Source: Octopus sinensis (Eukaryota). From it: 64,000 nt of DNA. The notes below the pieces were generated by a model that was given only the letters and a program-made list of their open reading frames with translations, was not told the DNA's origin and ran no database searches. A program made the position numbers and the translations under genes. The DNA lies in NCBI RefSeq assembly GCF_006345805.1, contig NC_043013.1:31496001-31560000 (forward strand), written 5' to 3'. Shown here one piece after another: positions 37,431 to 52,230 of the stretch. The number at the start of each line of letters is the position of its first letter. Within the stretch, counting starts at the first letter, position 1.

Positions 37431-37938
37431 CACGGTATGTGTGCGTGTGTTCGTTTCTTTATGTATGTAAGTATGTGTATATGTACGTGTGTGTGCATGT
37501 CAGTGTCAATGGATGTCAATGCGTTGATAGTGTCTATATGCAGTCTGTGTACTTCTATGCATATACATGTATCATGTTTACAGTAGATGCAGGGTCGTAT
37601 CGCACGGCCAGACTTTTACCTCTTGCATCCAAAGAGTTTTTAAGCCAATACTTACAACGTTTAAGGTAATACTTACAGAGAGCTTTATATGCGGCGGGAT
37701 TCATCTTTCTAAAAAAGGAATTATTTGACTTTCTCGAAGTACCTAAATTCTTATAATGTCAAGTACATACACACATGCATACTTATACACATACATACAG
37801 GTATAAATATATACATATTCAACCGCCCTCTCTCTCTCTCTCTCTCTCTCTCTTGATATATTTTTATATGTATAAAGTTTAATAAGGAACGGAGAAATAG
37901 AAGTGTAGATAGTTACTTCTTTCATATAGGCTTGTATG

Positions 37939-37973
<35 letters not shown>

Positions 37974-37980
37974 GTCTATA

Positions 37981-38143
37981 GGCGCAGGAGTGGCTGTGTG
38001 GTAAGTAGCTTGCTAACCAACCACACAGTTCCGGGTTCAGTCCCACTGCGTGGCACCTTGGGCAAGTGTCTTCTACTATAGCCTCGGGCCGACCAAAGCC
38101 TTGTGAGTGGATTTGGTAGACGGAAACTGAAAGAAGCCCGTCG

Positions 38144-38174
<31 letters not shown>

Positions 38175-38392
38175 GTGTGTGTGTGTCTGTGTTTGTCTCC
38201 CCAACATCGCTTGACAACCGATGCTGGTGTGTTTACGTCCCCGTTACTTAGCGGTTCGGCAAAAGAGACCGATAGGATAAGTACCAGGCTTACAAAGAAT
38301 AAGTCCTGGGGTCGATTTGCTCGACTAAAAAGGCGGTGCTCCAGCATGGCCGCAGTCAAATGACTGAAACAAGTAAAAGAGAAAAGAGAAAG
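37981..38392 (+). mobile_element. SINE family A, full length, young
   Basis: ggcgcaggagtggctgtgtggtaagtagcttgc..ccgggttcagtccca head, (TA)/(TG) middle, (gaaaa) tail. Confidence 0.92.
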
Positions 38393-38912
38393 ATATACAT
38401 ACGTTCATATATCATGCATGTACGTGTATATATTGTACACATGCACACACATACACAGTTTCGCTCCTTGTAATTAAACTGGATAATTCGTGTGGTGATA
38501 AGATGTTGATAACCAATGAATTTAAGTAAATTGATGCCTACTCTAACCTACTCTATTCACGTAGGTATTGTGTAATAATCAGGCATCTGTTCTTTAATCC
38601 CCACCACCCACTCTTTTAAATTAGGTCTAAGTTACACTTGCATTTGTGGCTGAGAGGCTTACATCTGTTCCGAAATGGATAAAAGAATTAACGAATAAAT
38701 ACTGCATATGCATGTGAAATTGCATTATTCTATTTAATGACACCGTATACAACGATGTTTAAAGATACGTTAGGTTGTTCAAGTTTGGTAGAGAAATTTC
38801 ATTAAAGATTAGAAACACCTCACCTGATCCTAGTTTATCCTTGGCGTAATTATTGTGAAATTACAGTTCAATTTACAAGTGTGGTGTTGGTAGTATGCCT
38901 ACATACATATCG

Positions 38913-38981
<69 letters not shown>

Positions 38982-39308
38982 CATCTATCTATCTATCTAT
39001 CTATCTATCTATTCATCTATCCATGTAACTATCTATCTATCTGTCTGTTTGTCTATCTATCTATCTATCCATCTTTCTGTTTGTCTATCTAACTGTCTAT
39101 CTTCCTATCTACGTCTATCTACATCTCTATCTTTGTGAGCATATATGTCTGTGTGTATGATGATATGTGTACATATACTTATGTAGTCATTGGAAAGGCT
39201 TTTCGTACATCAATGGATATTACGATATTGAATTCAACTAATTAATATTAACTGAATACTTAATTTTGCAGTTAAATGACAACTACATAGTGAAATCTCT
39301 ACATTCGG

Positions 39309-39376
<68 letters not shown>

Positions 39377-40032
39377 ATATAAGAGAGTAAGAATTCCCGG
39401 AGATGTTGCAATTTACTACAATCTATGCCGCTATATTCTGTCGAGTTAATATCATATGTATGAAATATTATGTATATATCACATTTTGATTTGCAGCCTT
39501 TTTCCGGTACCAAATGCTGTGTAATGGGTTGGATACAAATTGATCCTGACTTTAGGGCTCAAAATCTCTGGAAGCTGATCTACTCTCAGAGCTTAGTTAC
39601 TGTAAGTGCTGATTTCGGTTTGTATTTCCCATAATCAGTCGTGTATTACTGCTGTATTACGCTTTATTAGCATAATAAATCACTTTGAGCGTGAAACTAT
39701 TTTATGTTCAGTAAATATTCTTTCACACACGTATACACTACAGGCACTCTCTCTTATGTATATGAAATATACACACACCACACACATATATATATATACA
39801 TACACACATACATATATCTCTAAAGCTACAAAGCACAATAATAGATAAAACAACTAAACTGGAATTGGACTGTCCGATGGTAATCTACGTTGATGTCTAA
39901 ACTCAACAGTGGCCGACGTATGTTTAACTGTTAGACAACGGAACGAAAGGCACTTAGCTCATTTATTGGGAGTTGCATGTATAGATCAAAACAGTTTGAT
40001 TCAGACTCCTTGGTACTCTGAAGGGTGTACCT

Positions 40033-40340
40033 CTAGTGACAACAATACGATACCACATATTTCTTGTTGATGGATACTGCGGGCTGGTAGATGATACACT
40101 GCTTTTCATGAATGCACAGCTTGTAATTAATGACATCGAGTGAATGTAGTGGCGCCATATTGATAATAGTCCACTTGATGCTGGGTGTTTCGTCTCGAAA
40201 GTGACGACGTCTCCAGAGAAAGCCCGACTGGAAAATGAATTTGTCTCTGTCCTCGGATCTAAATGAATGCAATTTCAGCGAGTACCTTCCCTTGAAGTCA
40301 TTGGCTGTTATACCCGTATAGTGCCGGGTGATGTAAGGAT
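40033..40340 (-). pseudogene. Second PLE GIY-YIG endonuclease relic (different subtype from 11.3 kb)
   Basis: HYTGITANDFKGRYSLKLHSFR..IKWTIINMA..KLCIHEKQCIIYQP..INKKYVVSYCCH matches the YIG..F..R..H..SF / IKW / CxLCxxEK / LNKRxE..CxH pattern of invertebrate PLE ORF ends. Confidence 0.75.
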
Positions 40341-40469
40341 GGCTCTGTATACTACAGCCTACAATTCCCAAATTGGCAGGGATACTGGATCGGTGTATTG
40401 CTGCGCACGGTGACTATTTCGTATGTGTGTGTACGTATGTATACGTGCATATTTTGTAAGTTTTGTTTC

Positions 40470-40850
40470 TCTTCTCTATCCCAAATCATTATATCAGGAC
40501 AATCGTGTTTACACTTTATTGAGGCTTTCACTGGGACATTCCACATTTCTTTTTATTGTGAATGGTTATGGGTTCCAACATACTGTGGAATTTATATCTT
40601 TGTTCTAGGGTTAATCCTCTCGACGGATCTCGTTATACAGTGTCCTAGCTACAACATCATGTGTCATGAGTAGATTTACCGTGATAATATTTTCGGACAA
40701 TAGATTTTGATGTGGGTGATATCTTCGGTATTAACTCCACAAATTCTACGTCGGTTGTCACATTTTACAGCTTTCCCTACATCTCTGTTCTTTTTGTGCA
40801 TCAGGATATTTGGTTGATATTCCCTGTTCCTGGACTGCAAATGTATATCC
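40470..40850 (-). mobile_element. R4/Dong-type non-LTR fragment (zinc knuckle and start of REL)
   Basis: RRICGVNTEDITHI..CPK..(R)HDVVARTLYNEIRR..; WNVPVKASIKCKHDCPDIMIWDREEK. Confidence 0.8.
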
Positions 40851-42465
40851 TTCGAAGTGGCCGGTAGTAATATGTATCTATGTATGTATGCATGCATGTA
40901 TTAAAAATGTATGTACGTATGTATGTAGTATGTATTTATGTATGTATGTATGTATGTATGTATGTATGTATGTATGTGTATGTATGTATGTATGAATGTA
41001 TGTATGTATGTATGTATGTATAATCATACTGTCACACATATGTGTATGCTTTTGTATATTGTCTTAATGTGTGTTTTGTCTCCAGCCACTTTTGCATTGC
41101 ATCTGTTACTTTTTATACGAAACTTCCTAATCTACATAACAATAGCCATAAAATATATGAGGATATTGTCCATAGCATACTTTTAGTTATAAAAACATCA
41201 TGTTCAGTAAGCCACACCTGTAACAATAATATTTTATCGAAAGAAATAACCAAATTAACATACGAATAAACACAACAAATGTAGCTTAAGTTTCTCAAAT
41301 ATAAATGTTTTATTTCTTATTTTAGTTTATACAAAATATTTATGACTTTCTTAAGTTTTTTTTTTCTTTTCGTTTTACCTCGCATGTATGATTGTAAATG
41401 TCTATATTGCTTTTACTTTGTCGTCCATGTTAGTAGCATATTATATGTTGCATATTTATGATAACATCATGAGAATAATGAATATTCGATGCGACACAGA
41501 ATTACATTTAAACAATCAATAACGTCTTCAGCAAAACAATAAATTCTCAAATAAACGTTGCTGCTACTTATATGTACTTACAATAAAATAATGTTTTAAC
41601 ATCGTCACCGTGTGTTAAAAGATGTATAGAAGGAGACACGTCTGCTATCAATACATAATTTCTTGTTTAAAGACATGCACTATAAATGATTGCTTACAAG
41701 ATAGATCAGCTTTACCTCACCCATCTCGCTTGTTCCCCCAAATAAATTAGGAACTTTCTTTGTGCTTGTTATAAAACTCTGGGATAATGCAATAATACGT
41801 GAAACAGAAATATTGCATGAACAAAAAGTATTGCGTTAATTCATTAATCTCTATATCTTATAAATATTTAAACCAAAACACTAAGAATGAATAATAGGAT
41901 AATGTAAAAAAATAATAATCTGATGATGCGTTTAGCTATTTCAATAATGGTTCAAGTGTGTTGTTTATTGTTTTACTTTGTTACAAATGTATCTTCGTTA
42001 GAAGACAAATTATTAAATGTGAATACGAATGACTTTGGTTCATTTATTAACTAAAACTTGATATTTTAGAAAGAATTTAAATGATTCAGCATCACGAATG
42101 TGTCTGCATGGAGATAGATTTTATAGTAAACGAAAACATTTTGCTCTAAATCGAACAATTTCTGATCATTCCGGCGAGATATCATCCATGTGCATGATTG
42201 TTCTGTAGAGGCCTGACACAATTGATTCTCACATTTCGGCATTCAGCTGGATGAATGACGAAGATAAATGGGAAGCTATTTGAAACGACTTCATGTATAC
42301 GCCATACGAGCAGGGTGCCTGTGTAGTTAAGAACTTCACTCCAAACCCACGTGGTTCCGGGTGTATATCTCCTATAAATCTCTGTTTTGTCCAATGAGTT
42401 GTAAATGAAATTGTCAGGTGTAGATTTCCGTGATATATACATACATATATATATATATATATATA

Positions 42466-43838
42466 CAATAACAAAAGGGTAAAATTAATTAATTATTAAT
42501 TATCAATTTTACCAAGTAGTGTTCAGTATGTAAAAAGACCATTTACGGTATATTTAAAACATTACGTTATATAATTAGGGTTCAGTAGAATAATTTACTT
42601 TACCACACACCGAACGTTTAGAAATAGCAGCCCAAAAATTTTAGCTATTTCCTCTACTATAAGAAAAGTCTCCCAGACAATGTATACTCAAAAATAATTC
42701 ACGCAGGTATAGAGGGATAAATAACGAAAGATCAAACGTACATCGATTACTTGAGAACGCCGTTTCTGGATTAATTGGATATAGAGATCAACATTTCCGT
42801 CATCAGCCCAAGATTTCTTTAGGTTTGGATTTGAGAGCACTAAAAATCGAACATACCCGTTTGATATGAGTAAACCCAGACAAACCATCTTCGACCGCTA
42901 GTACTAACGAATTCAAAAAGTACGAATGAGACTCCGTAACCTCCCTCGTCCACCCACGTGAGTGATAGAGCAACAAGTCGCTACAGAGGGATCTGTAGTT
43001 TATTATCAGGGAGAGAGAATTATATTGTCAATAATAAAAGGGTAAAATTAATTAATTATTAATTATCAATTTTACCAAGTAATGTTCAGTATGTAAAAAG
43101 ACAATTTACGGTATATTTAAAACATTACGTTATATAATTAGGGTTCAGTAAAATAATTTACTTTACTGAATTAGTTTTGAGTATACATTGTCTGGGAGAC
43201 TTTTCTTATAATAGAGGAAATAGCTAAAATTTTTGGGCTGCTATTTCTAAAAGTTCGGTGTGTGGTAAAGTAAATTATTTTACTGAACCCTAATTATATA
43301 ACGTAATGATTTAAATATACCGTAAATGGTCTTTTTACATACTGAACACTACTTTGAAAAATTGATAATTAATAATTAATTAATTTTACCCTTTTATTAT
43401 TGACAATATAATTCTCTCTCCCTGATAATAAACTACAGATCCCTCTGTAGCGACTTACTGCTCTATAACACACGTGGGTGGACGAGGGAGGTTACGGAGT
43501 CTCATTCGTACTTTTTGAATTCGTTAGTACTAGCGGTCGAAGATGGTTTGTCTGGGATTACTCATATCAGACGGGTATGTTCGATTTTTAGTGCTCTCAA
43601 ATCCAAACCTAAAGAAATTGTGGGTTGATGGCGAAAAAGTTTATCTCTATATCCAACTAATCCAGAAACGGCGTTCTCAAGTAATCGATGTACGTGTGAT
43701 CTTTCGTTATTTTTCCCTCTATACCTGTGTGAATTATTTTTGAGTATACATTGTCTGGGAGACTTTTCTTATAGTAGAGGAAATAGCTAAATTTTGTTGG
43801 CTGCTATTTCTAAAAGTTCGGTGTGTGGTAAAGTAAAG
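42466..43838. mobile_element. Head-to-head fold-back of a 563-bp tandem monomer between (TA)n tracts, with one hammerhead per arm
   Basis: Unit starts at 42466 and 43029. Junction 43166/43167. Inverted arm 43167-43838. The arms differ by many substitutions. Confidence 0.9.
42750..42812 (-). ncRNA. Type I hammerhead ribozyme, partly degenerate (weak stem II)
   Basis: Minus strand: CUUGGG-CUGAUGA-CGGA..UCCA-GAAAC-GGC-GUU|CUCAAG. The plus-strand copy at 43619-43681 has a mutated core (UUGAUGG). Confidence 0.65.
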
Positions 43839-43855
43839 TATATATATATATATAC

Positions 43856-43948
<93 letters not shown>

Positions 43949-46512
43949 TACGTATATATATATAGTGTTAGTTTATTTAGATCCTTATAACTTAGCTTTG
44001 TGGCAAAAACACAAAAAGAAAACAAGAAGAACGTGGGCAAAATACGTAACAGATCGATAATAAGCATAGGCATCCATTTGTTTAATTATTCATCTAAGTG
44101 GAGGCAGTGGTGCTCCAGCATGGCTAGGGCTCTTTGCTGAGGTAAAAAAGTAAAAATAAGAATGAGATGGGAATGAATTTTGTGAAGCATATAGTCTGCC
44201 ACATTATTATTCAGCGTAATACAACCTTCTGATAGATGATATCGTTGTTCAGAAATGAAATTAGGGTGTCAGTATATTATAAAAGTCGATAACACATACG
44301 TACTTTTCAACCCAACTCCATAAATTACATGATAGCTAATACACGATGTCAAATTAAGCAATCTATAACAAAACATCTGCCATGCCAGGGCCTTCTAGTC
44401 AGAAAAATGCAAGTATTATTAATGGAAATTACCTTGAAACCACATTTTCCGAAATTATTCCAAGATTTATCATTTGATTATTGAATTATGATAAATTAAC
44501 GCAAGTAATGTCAATGTGTAGGAATTTCGACAGGGATATATTGTGTCGCCAAACAACTAAAGGAAGCAGCTTCTTCAATTGATTTGTAGCAATGTAGGTT
44601 TGAAAAAGCTATGTATCACATAGACGTGGGCCAGCATTCATAGTTGTGACTACAATTAGTCAGAGGAGGAAAATATACGACGGTTTATGGAATGTGCCAG
44701 AAGCCAGTCTAGATTATTGAAATTTGAAACAGAAACTAATTGTTGTTTTATGACATTTACTGTAATAATCTCTTGTCTTCAGATATTATGACAATTAACA
44801 AAAAACTTGTTTTATATGGGGTGTTTCAGAATTTTATTTTATTTATGTGGATAATGATTTACAATTTTCGTTCAAGATAATTCCACAATATTATTTAACT
44901 CGTGCTCTACCTGTTATATATATTCAACATATTAATTAAGATTGACCTGATTTTAAATAATAAAACGCGCCTTTAATATCCCATATTCAAATAGTGACTG
45001 AGTCTTATGTACAGAACGACAGTTAAGCGATTTTATCCGTGCAGTTCATTTATTAGTGGTACATGACCTCAACAACGGGCGAGCTCTCAGTCAAGTTAAA
45101 CCAAATACCTGACTGGTATGTCATTGTAAAATTTGGAAAAGCATAATGCTCCGTCATTACATAGAAAATGTAAAGTATAGAAACGCGTAGAAATAAATAG
45201 TCTTTTTCTATCCTGTGATTTTTAGTAATAGATATATATAACGGAGAAAGATTTCAACGATGGTCTATGCGTGAAAGCCCACGTGGCTTGTTTTACGAAT
45301 CATTAGTATTAGTATCAGAAGAATATATACATCTAACAGTTAAAATCCAACTGGAGAAGATTGTATTTCATAACAAAAGATAAGATTTCGATGAGTTTCC
45401 TTATATGAATGACAACATGTTGTTTTTACAAGCTTAGACGTGCTATAGTTATTAGGAAAATGTTAGACGATGGAATCTCAAGAAAAAGTATTGTTGAATA
45501 TTTGTCACATACAATATATTTTCTGGTCTATGAAGGAGATTGTCAAATAAAAAAAGGAAGATTTCCTCTGACGTAATTCTCTGAATATCTCATTAATCTA
45601 TATTATATAATACTATACTGCCTGTAGTATAGAAGGCAGATATTAATTAATCTGAACTTAAAAGCATCTACACTTGGAATCTTGCGCAATTTCATATAAT
45701 TACTTTCAGAATGTTAGTGGAAGAATAATATCTTAAACTTTTTATCTTCACTTTAGTCTTGTTTCTCTATCAGACAGATTTTATGAAATATAAAAAAATA
45801 ATCCTAAATGTTTCTGCAGACTAATCCCAGACATAATTTTTCTACATCTTTTAAATGGAGAAGAAATACAATATACGTCTGAAAATCTCTCACAGATTAT
45901 GTCTAGTTTATATATACATACAAAGACTCTACTATTTCGCCATTTTTCTGTTTGACCCAGTCTTGTTTTCCATTGATTATATCTCTTCTTAATTGTCAAG
46001 GGAATTTAATTTATGAATATATTGATAATTTTTACATCATGAAATTAACTTCTGTAACATTATTGCATTATTGCTTTTAGAATTTTGGGCTTGGGGCTAT
46101 TTTTCAATTTGTGGTTCACTTCCTCTGTACTATTCATTATATTTAGTTTCTCTGCATGTGTTTATTTAGCCTACTTTTTTTGTTTTGTATTAAATTTAGG
46201 TACTAATAAAATTTATACTCTTCTCTTTCCGAGCATATGTTTCGAAGTTTGAGAACTTTGGAAAATTTATTTATAAATACTCCCAAAATGTGTGTTAAAA
46301 GATCTGTCCACAAATAAGAGTGTCAATATCAAATTCCTGAGCCGGCAAATTGGAAGTAACGTTGGTACGCAGGGGAAATTACTCAGACTCTTTTCGTTCG
46401 TTATTTCGTTCATATTCTGTTGTGGCTGTCTTTAAATTTCCTAGTAAAAACTAAGAAAAAGAAACATTATCTGATACTGAAAAAGATAAATCTACATTTG
46501 GAAGATCTCAGC

Positions 46513-46599
<87 letters not shown>

Positions 46600-46699
46600 G
46601 ATATAAGGAGAGAGGGAGATACAGAGTGAGAGAGATAATGAAGTCCCACTAGTTCGAGGGATGACTATCCACGCCAATATCTAAACGACATATATAATC

Positions 46700-46908
46700 T
46701 TTTCTACTATAAGCACAAGGCCCTAAATTTTGGGGAGAGGGGGCCAGTCGATTAGATCAGTATGCAACTCGTACTTAATTTATCGACCCCGAAAGGATGA
46801 AAGGCAAAGTCGACCTCGGCGGAATTTGAACACAGAACGTAAAGACAAACGAAATACCGCTAAGCATTTCGCCCGGCGTGCTAATGTTTCTGCCCGCTCG
46901 CCGCCTTT
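46700..46908 (-). mobile_element. SINE family B
   Basis: Reverse complement of the family B head and body; tail fragment repeated at about 46935-46980. Confidence 0.88.
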
Positions 46909-49883
46909 AAAATGAGAAAATATTTTTCTTTTCTACTCTAGGCACAAGGCCCAAAATTTTTGGGAAGGGGACCAGTCGGAGAATTTGAAACGAGATATAT
47001 AATGCTTGTATGAAGTGAATGAGCGCTACAGATTTAAGTTTAACTAAAGTGGGTTGCCAGGCCAAACTGGAGTGAAGAAGCAATGTGACATTTGATTAAA
47101 TTGTAATATTGAATTACATGTGCTGTCCATCAGACGGAACTCTGCAGTGTTCGCGTACACAATTTCATTCACAATGAACCAAGGACTTTGCAAAAATACA
47201 TACCAAATATGACACCATATGCAAATTCCAGCATGGGATATCGAACCACGTGACCAAACATCTGTTTGATATGACGAAATTTAAAAAAAAGATACAGGCG
47301 AAACTGGACAGACATGATATGAATGTTGACATTTGATTATCTTGATTATCTCTAGATAACAATAGTCGATATAAACGTTGGTTGGTTTTTCCATTCATGT
47401 TATTTATTGTATAGAGAGGGGATGGGAGAGAGAGAGAGAGTGAAAGACTAATATTGGGAAAGTAAGATATAAAGTGTAGGGTGTCATAAACATTCGAAAA
47501 ATACACATTTCTAGCTGAAACTGCTGCGAACTGCCATTGTGTGGTAGAATTTTAGCCATAAAATAGGCAGTTTACAACCAATGTATTTCTTAAAACCATC
47601 CACCAATCTTTATGAATCTGATTTACTGTACACTGTTACAAACTTATATCACCTTGTTATCATGATAACCAAATATGTTGTAGTAATATTTCTTCTCTAA
47701 TTTATAAATATTATAAGTTTTAGAAACAAGTGACCTAAGTAGACCGTAAGAGGAGACAAAGCGACATAGATTTCTTCATATTTTCCAATATGGTTGTGAC
47801 GGGAAACTCTTGATCACAAAGCCATCTTGCGTCAATGTATGATATTGTTTCATGTTGCTTTAACTTAATTTCGTCATTCATCCATCCGAGACGCGATAGC
47901 GTGATCATAAATTCGTTCAGATATCCATGCTGTACACATACGAAAATCTGACGTCTTGCCTGAGTTATCAGTCAAATGTCAAGTCATTTCGATATATTGT
48001 CCAAAATATATCGAAATGACACTGGTAAAATAGAAAAAAGAACGAGTACCATGACGACTGAACTTGTTACGCACTGCTGAAGCCTGTAACTCAAAAGTTA
48101 AGCCTATACTGCACTAGTTAAGCCAATAAAGTGGCATGTCGGTTAGCCTTATTTCACTCTTTTACAGATGTTATGCAAAGACGATAAAGCTGTAACGCGC
48201 CTGTGACCACTCTGTTTGCAGATTGACAAGCAATTGCTCATGATATACATATGTTAGCAGATGTTTATTAGATATTTACCAATAAAAATCGAAATGACCC
48301 AAATGATAAATTGATCATTTGTTGTCAACAACAATGACTGTGTGAACTGCAGGAACAAAAGACCAAATATTCGCCACCAGTCTGTTTGCTCAATGTAATC
48401 TATCAGGGTTATTAATCAATGAAAGTTAACTTGTAATCGAAATTTCTTATTAGCTGCAAGCACATATTTCAGTTAATTAGTTTGACATTAATTTACCGAA
48501 CGAAGAAATAGCAGTTCTGATATTTGCTAGATATCTTTTCAAAACATTTTTCCATTTAGGTTGCTTCATTCACTTCCCTTCTTCTTTTTCACTACCTTAT
48601 TTGTTCAGGTTTGACCGTTATTTAAAATCGTTTCCATCGCTATATTCCTGTAAATATTTGAAGAAAGACAAAACAACATGAACTTGTAACCGCAGTCACA
48701 GTACTGATTTCGTTTCATATGTGAATCGTGTATGCATGTTCCTGTGTGTGTGCGTGTGTGTGTCGCAGCATTGTGTATGAAAAGTGTATGCATGTGTAAG
48801 TTTACACCACACTATGCATGTGTGTTATATTTCATATAAAGTTTGGAGTTATAATATTGTCGGGAACAACGGCGATCAATGAAACGGGAAAATCAAAATG
48901 AAACAAAATAAACAGCTTCCAACAAATATTTGGAAGTTTACAAATCCTTCTGTATTAAGGGCTGATGATCATTATATGAGAAAAAAGCCAAATGCTGAAA
49001 CATTTTTGTGTACGCAACCAGGCAATTTATCAATCAAACTCGCTTTTAATCAATGAGCAAACACAAAATAGTTATGTAGATAACTGTGTGTACATAAAGT
49101 TCTGAGGAGCGACGACGACCAGAAGATAATTCTCCAGCAAGAAGTTTCAAATTACAGTTCAGACAAACTCACATTATGTACAGAGTTAATGTTTTTAGAA
49201 AAAGCTTCAATATTTCGATAACTTATTTGTATCCTCTCCTGATATATATATATATATATATAAAGGCATGTACTACCCTTCTCTGTCCGTTTCTTAAGAT
49301 GTTGCTCTTCAACAGTAACCGAATGTTATAAATATTAATATAGAGGTGCAGATAATGGTATGGTTCCTGATGCATAAACAGAGTGAATATTTTATAATGG
49401 ATATGATTATTTAATTTCAAGTCAATTCTTAATCTATCTATCTACCAATTAATCAGTCTATCTATTTATCAATCTATCTACTTACCTGAGATGACAATTC
49501 CCCCAAGTTAAGGCCCCCTTGCAATGCGGCCCCTACAAAGGTCGACATCACATCACATAAGAACATTGCAACACAATTTCTTTACTACAAATGTTCCTGC
49601 TCTTTTCAATGTTAACCCTAAAGAAATTAAATAAGAAAAAAAACCACGAAACTTTCAAACGGCACATGGACAAATTTCTCAGGAAATACCGGATAAACCA
49701 CCTAAAACTGGATACGTCTCAACCCAAAACAACTCACTGCTTCAGTGGTCCATGGTGTCTCTAAATGATTAACTAGAAGACTTTTCCAGGTGGTGCTATT
49801 AAGTAAGCCATGGCCTGGGCCTATGATAGCCGAAACCAGTCTAAGTTATCTAAGTTACACACACACACACACACACACGCACG

Positions 49884-49981
<98 letters not shown>

Positions 49982-50020
49982 TATCTGTATATATATATTA
50001 TATATATCTGTGTGAATATA

Positions 50021-50326
50021 AAAGGGTAACCCTCTTCGGTCAAGAATGACCATGGTATTTCAGTTAGAAAGTTACCATCCGAGGCACAGGTTTGGGCAAA
50101 GTTGTTTAAGTAAGACCAGCAGTCGCCCATACATACCAGCTTCTGCTCTCCACGCCACCGATGTTATGCAAGGGAAAGGCAAAGGCCGATACAGCTTATT
50201 TCTACAGCTGGGTGAACTGGAGCAACGTGAAATAATATATCTTGCTCAAGAACGCAACACACACCCCGGGTCACAACCTCACGCTCGCAATCTCGACGCT
50301 ATAACCTCTGAGCAATGCGGCTTCAC
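50021..50326 (-). mobile_element. tRNA-headed SINE (same family as 60926-61268)
   Basis: Reverse complement shares cacgttgctccagttcacccagctgtagaaat, ggtatgtatgggcgactgctggtc and catggtcattc..gaccgaag. Confidence 0.85.
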
Positions 50327-50483
50327 ATATATAATAGTTACTGTTGAAAAGGTTGCAAGACGCAACGAAAATTTTAGGAAAATAAAAATAAGAAAAAGTG
50401 GAAATTTTACCTGTGAGTGTGTTATATTATTAGGCACAAAAAGAAAATGACTCTCCCCAGACACAATAGCATATATACATATG

Positions 50484-50554
<71 letters not shown>

Positions 50555-50686
50555 TATATATATTAAAATGAGAGTGAGATATTTCTTATTGGTTAGAACA
50601 TAGCGTATCTTCTTCTAGCTTAAGGTTGTCCACATGGTAGCCATGCCTCTCGTATATGTATATATATATACATATATATATATATA

Positions 50687-50833
<147 letters not shown>

Positions 50834-51304
50834 CGGTGTCCGCGTGTGGTGAGTGTGTGTATGTGTGTATGTGTGTGTGTGTGTGTGTGTTTTCGTGCTT
50901 GTGTTTCTATCTGTTTAACTATTTGGATCAATAATTGTTACTTACGCGCTACTAGACCAATTCAATCACACCCGATCAAATTTCCTAAAAAAAATTTTTT
51001 AAATGAAAAATGATCAAATTGCTTAGGGAAAGGGATTAACACGAAAGATTAAAATTACATTATATTGATATGTTAATATGATGAAAGATAGAAGAAAAAT
51101 GTGCAGCGTTAATTCAAAATTCATTTTATCTTTTGAATCATCAATGACTCCAATATATTTCAAAATTTCAATTAAACCAGTTATAATTTCATTCTTAAAA
51201 AAAAAAAAACAGATATTGCTCACCAGTAGCTGCTGCACACATCAGAACTCAGTTTAATTTAATGGGAGCCCCTTGTGAGTGTGACTGCCTCACTAGGGTC
51301 TCTC

Positions 51305-51381
<77 letters not shown>

Positions 51382-51499
51382 ATCAAGATATCTATCTATA
51401 TATGTATGTGTGCGTGCTTGTGTGTAAGTATATATATATATATATATACCTTTGAGAAATCTCGAGTTGCACATGAGAAAGTAAGGAGGGATATCTAAT

Positions 51500-51905
51500 A
51501 TCTGTTATACTTCCAGAAGGGAAGGGCCTTCCTTTGACTCTGACATGCAATGTCTATGCAAGACCCTGCCTCAGTAAGGCCGGACTCATGAGTCATCTTC
51601 GTAGTCATGAAACGAGACAGATGAGTGACAACCTGGCCACTGGTGGTGGTGTAACACACCATACTAATCATGTCTGTCGGGCATGTGGAAGAGAGTGTAA
51701 TTCGGCAGGAGGACTTAAACGACATGCAAAGGTACATGAAGCCCAGTTACAGCTACAGCTGGCTATTACCAGTAAAGGTTTTTGTTGCCAATTTTGCACA
51801 AAAAATTGTAGATCTTTAGCTGGGCTAAAAAGTCACAGCACCAGTAGCAGTTAAGCTTCGTGCAATGACCATACTCGATAACGAGGGGGCAGCCATAATA
51901 ATAAT
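51500..51905 (+). mobile_element. RTE-type LINE 3' end encoding three C2H2-like fingers, with (ATA)n tail
   Basis: CNVYARPCLSKAGLMSHLRSH / CRACGRECNSAGGLKRHAKVH / CQFCTKNCRSLAGLKSH, then gaccatactcgataacgagggggcagcc-ataataata. Confidence 0.7.
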
Positions 51906-52066
51906 ATATATATACTGTATTTAAAAGCAGCAGAAAATTCAACAAAACCTGTTACTCTGAGTTTCACGTTCCCATTCTTTTAAATAAAGCATATTACTCT
52001 ACCCCTGGTATTTGAGTACCATTTTTTCCACATTGTTTCACATTTACCTTGTTTCATGTTTACTCC

Positions 52067-52132
<66 letters not shown>

Positions 52133-52134
52133 AT

Positions 52135-52230
52135 ACTAAGCAATAAGGGTTTAGCAACGAATTGCCTTACCACATACCGAATTTAGAAATAGCAGTCAAA
52201 GGGTTATAGCTATTTCTTCTACTAAAAAGG
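52135..52230. mobile_element. Fragment related to the 563-bp monomer, abutting (TA)n
   Basis: ttaccacataccgaatttagaaatagcag..tagctatttcttctacta vs 42600-42660. Confidence 0.6.

Noticed and set aside
47740-47945. Minus-strand open frame HGYLNEFMITLSRLGWMNDEIKLK.. after an AG acceptor
   Set aside because: No recognisable domain, no good donor before the in-frame stop, and it is short.
48955-49000. CUGAUGA-UCAU/AUGA-GAAA
   Set aside because: No stem III/NUH and no stem I partner for AAGGG downstream.
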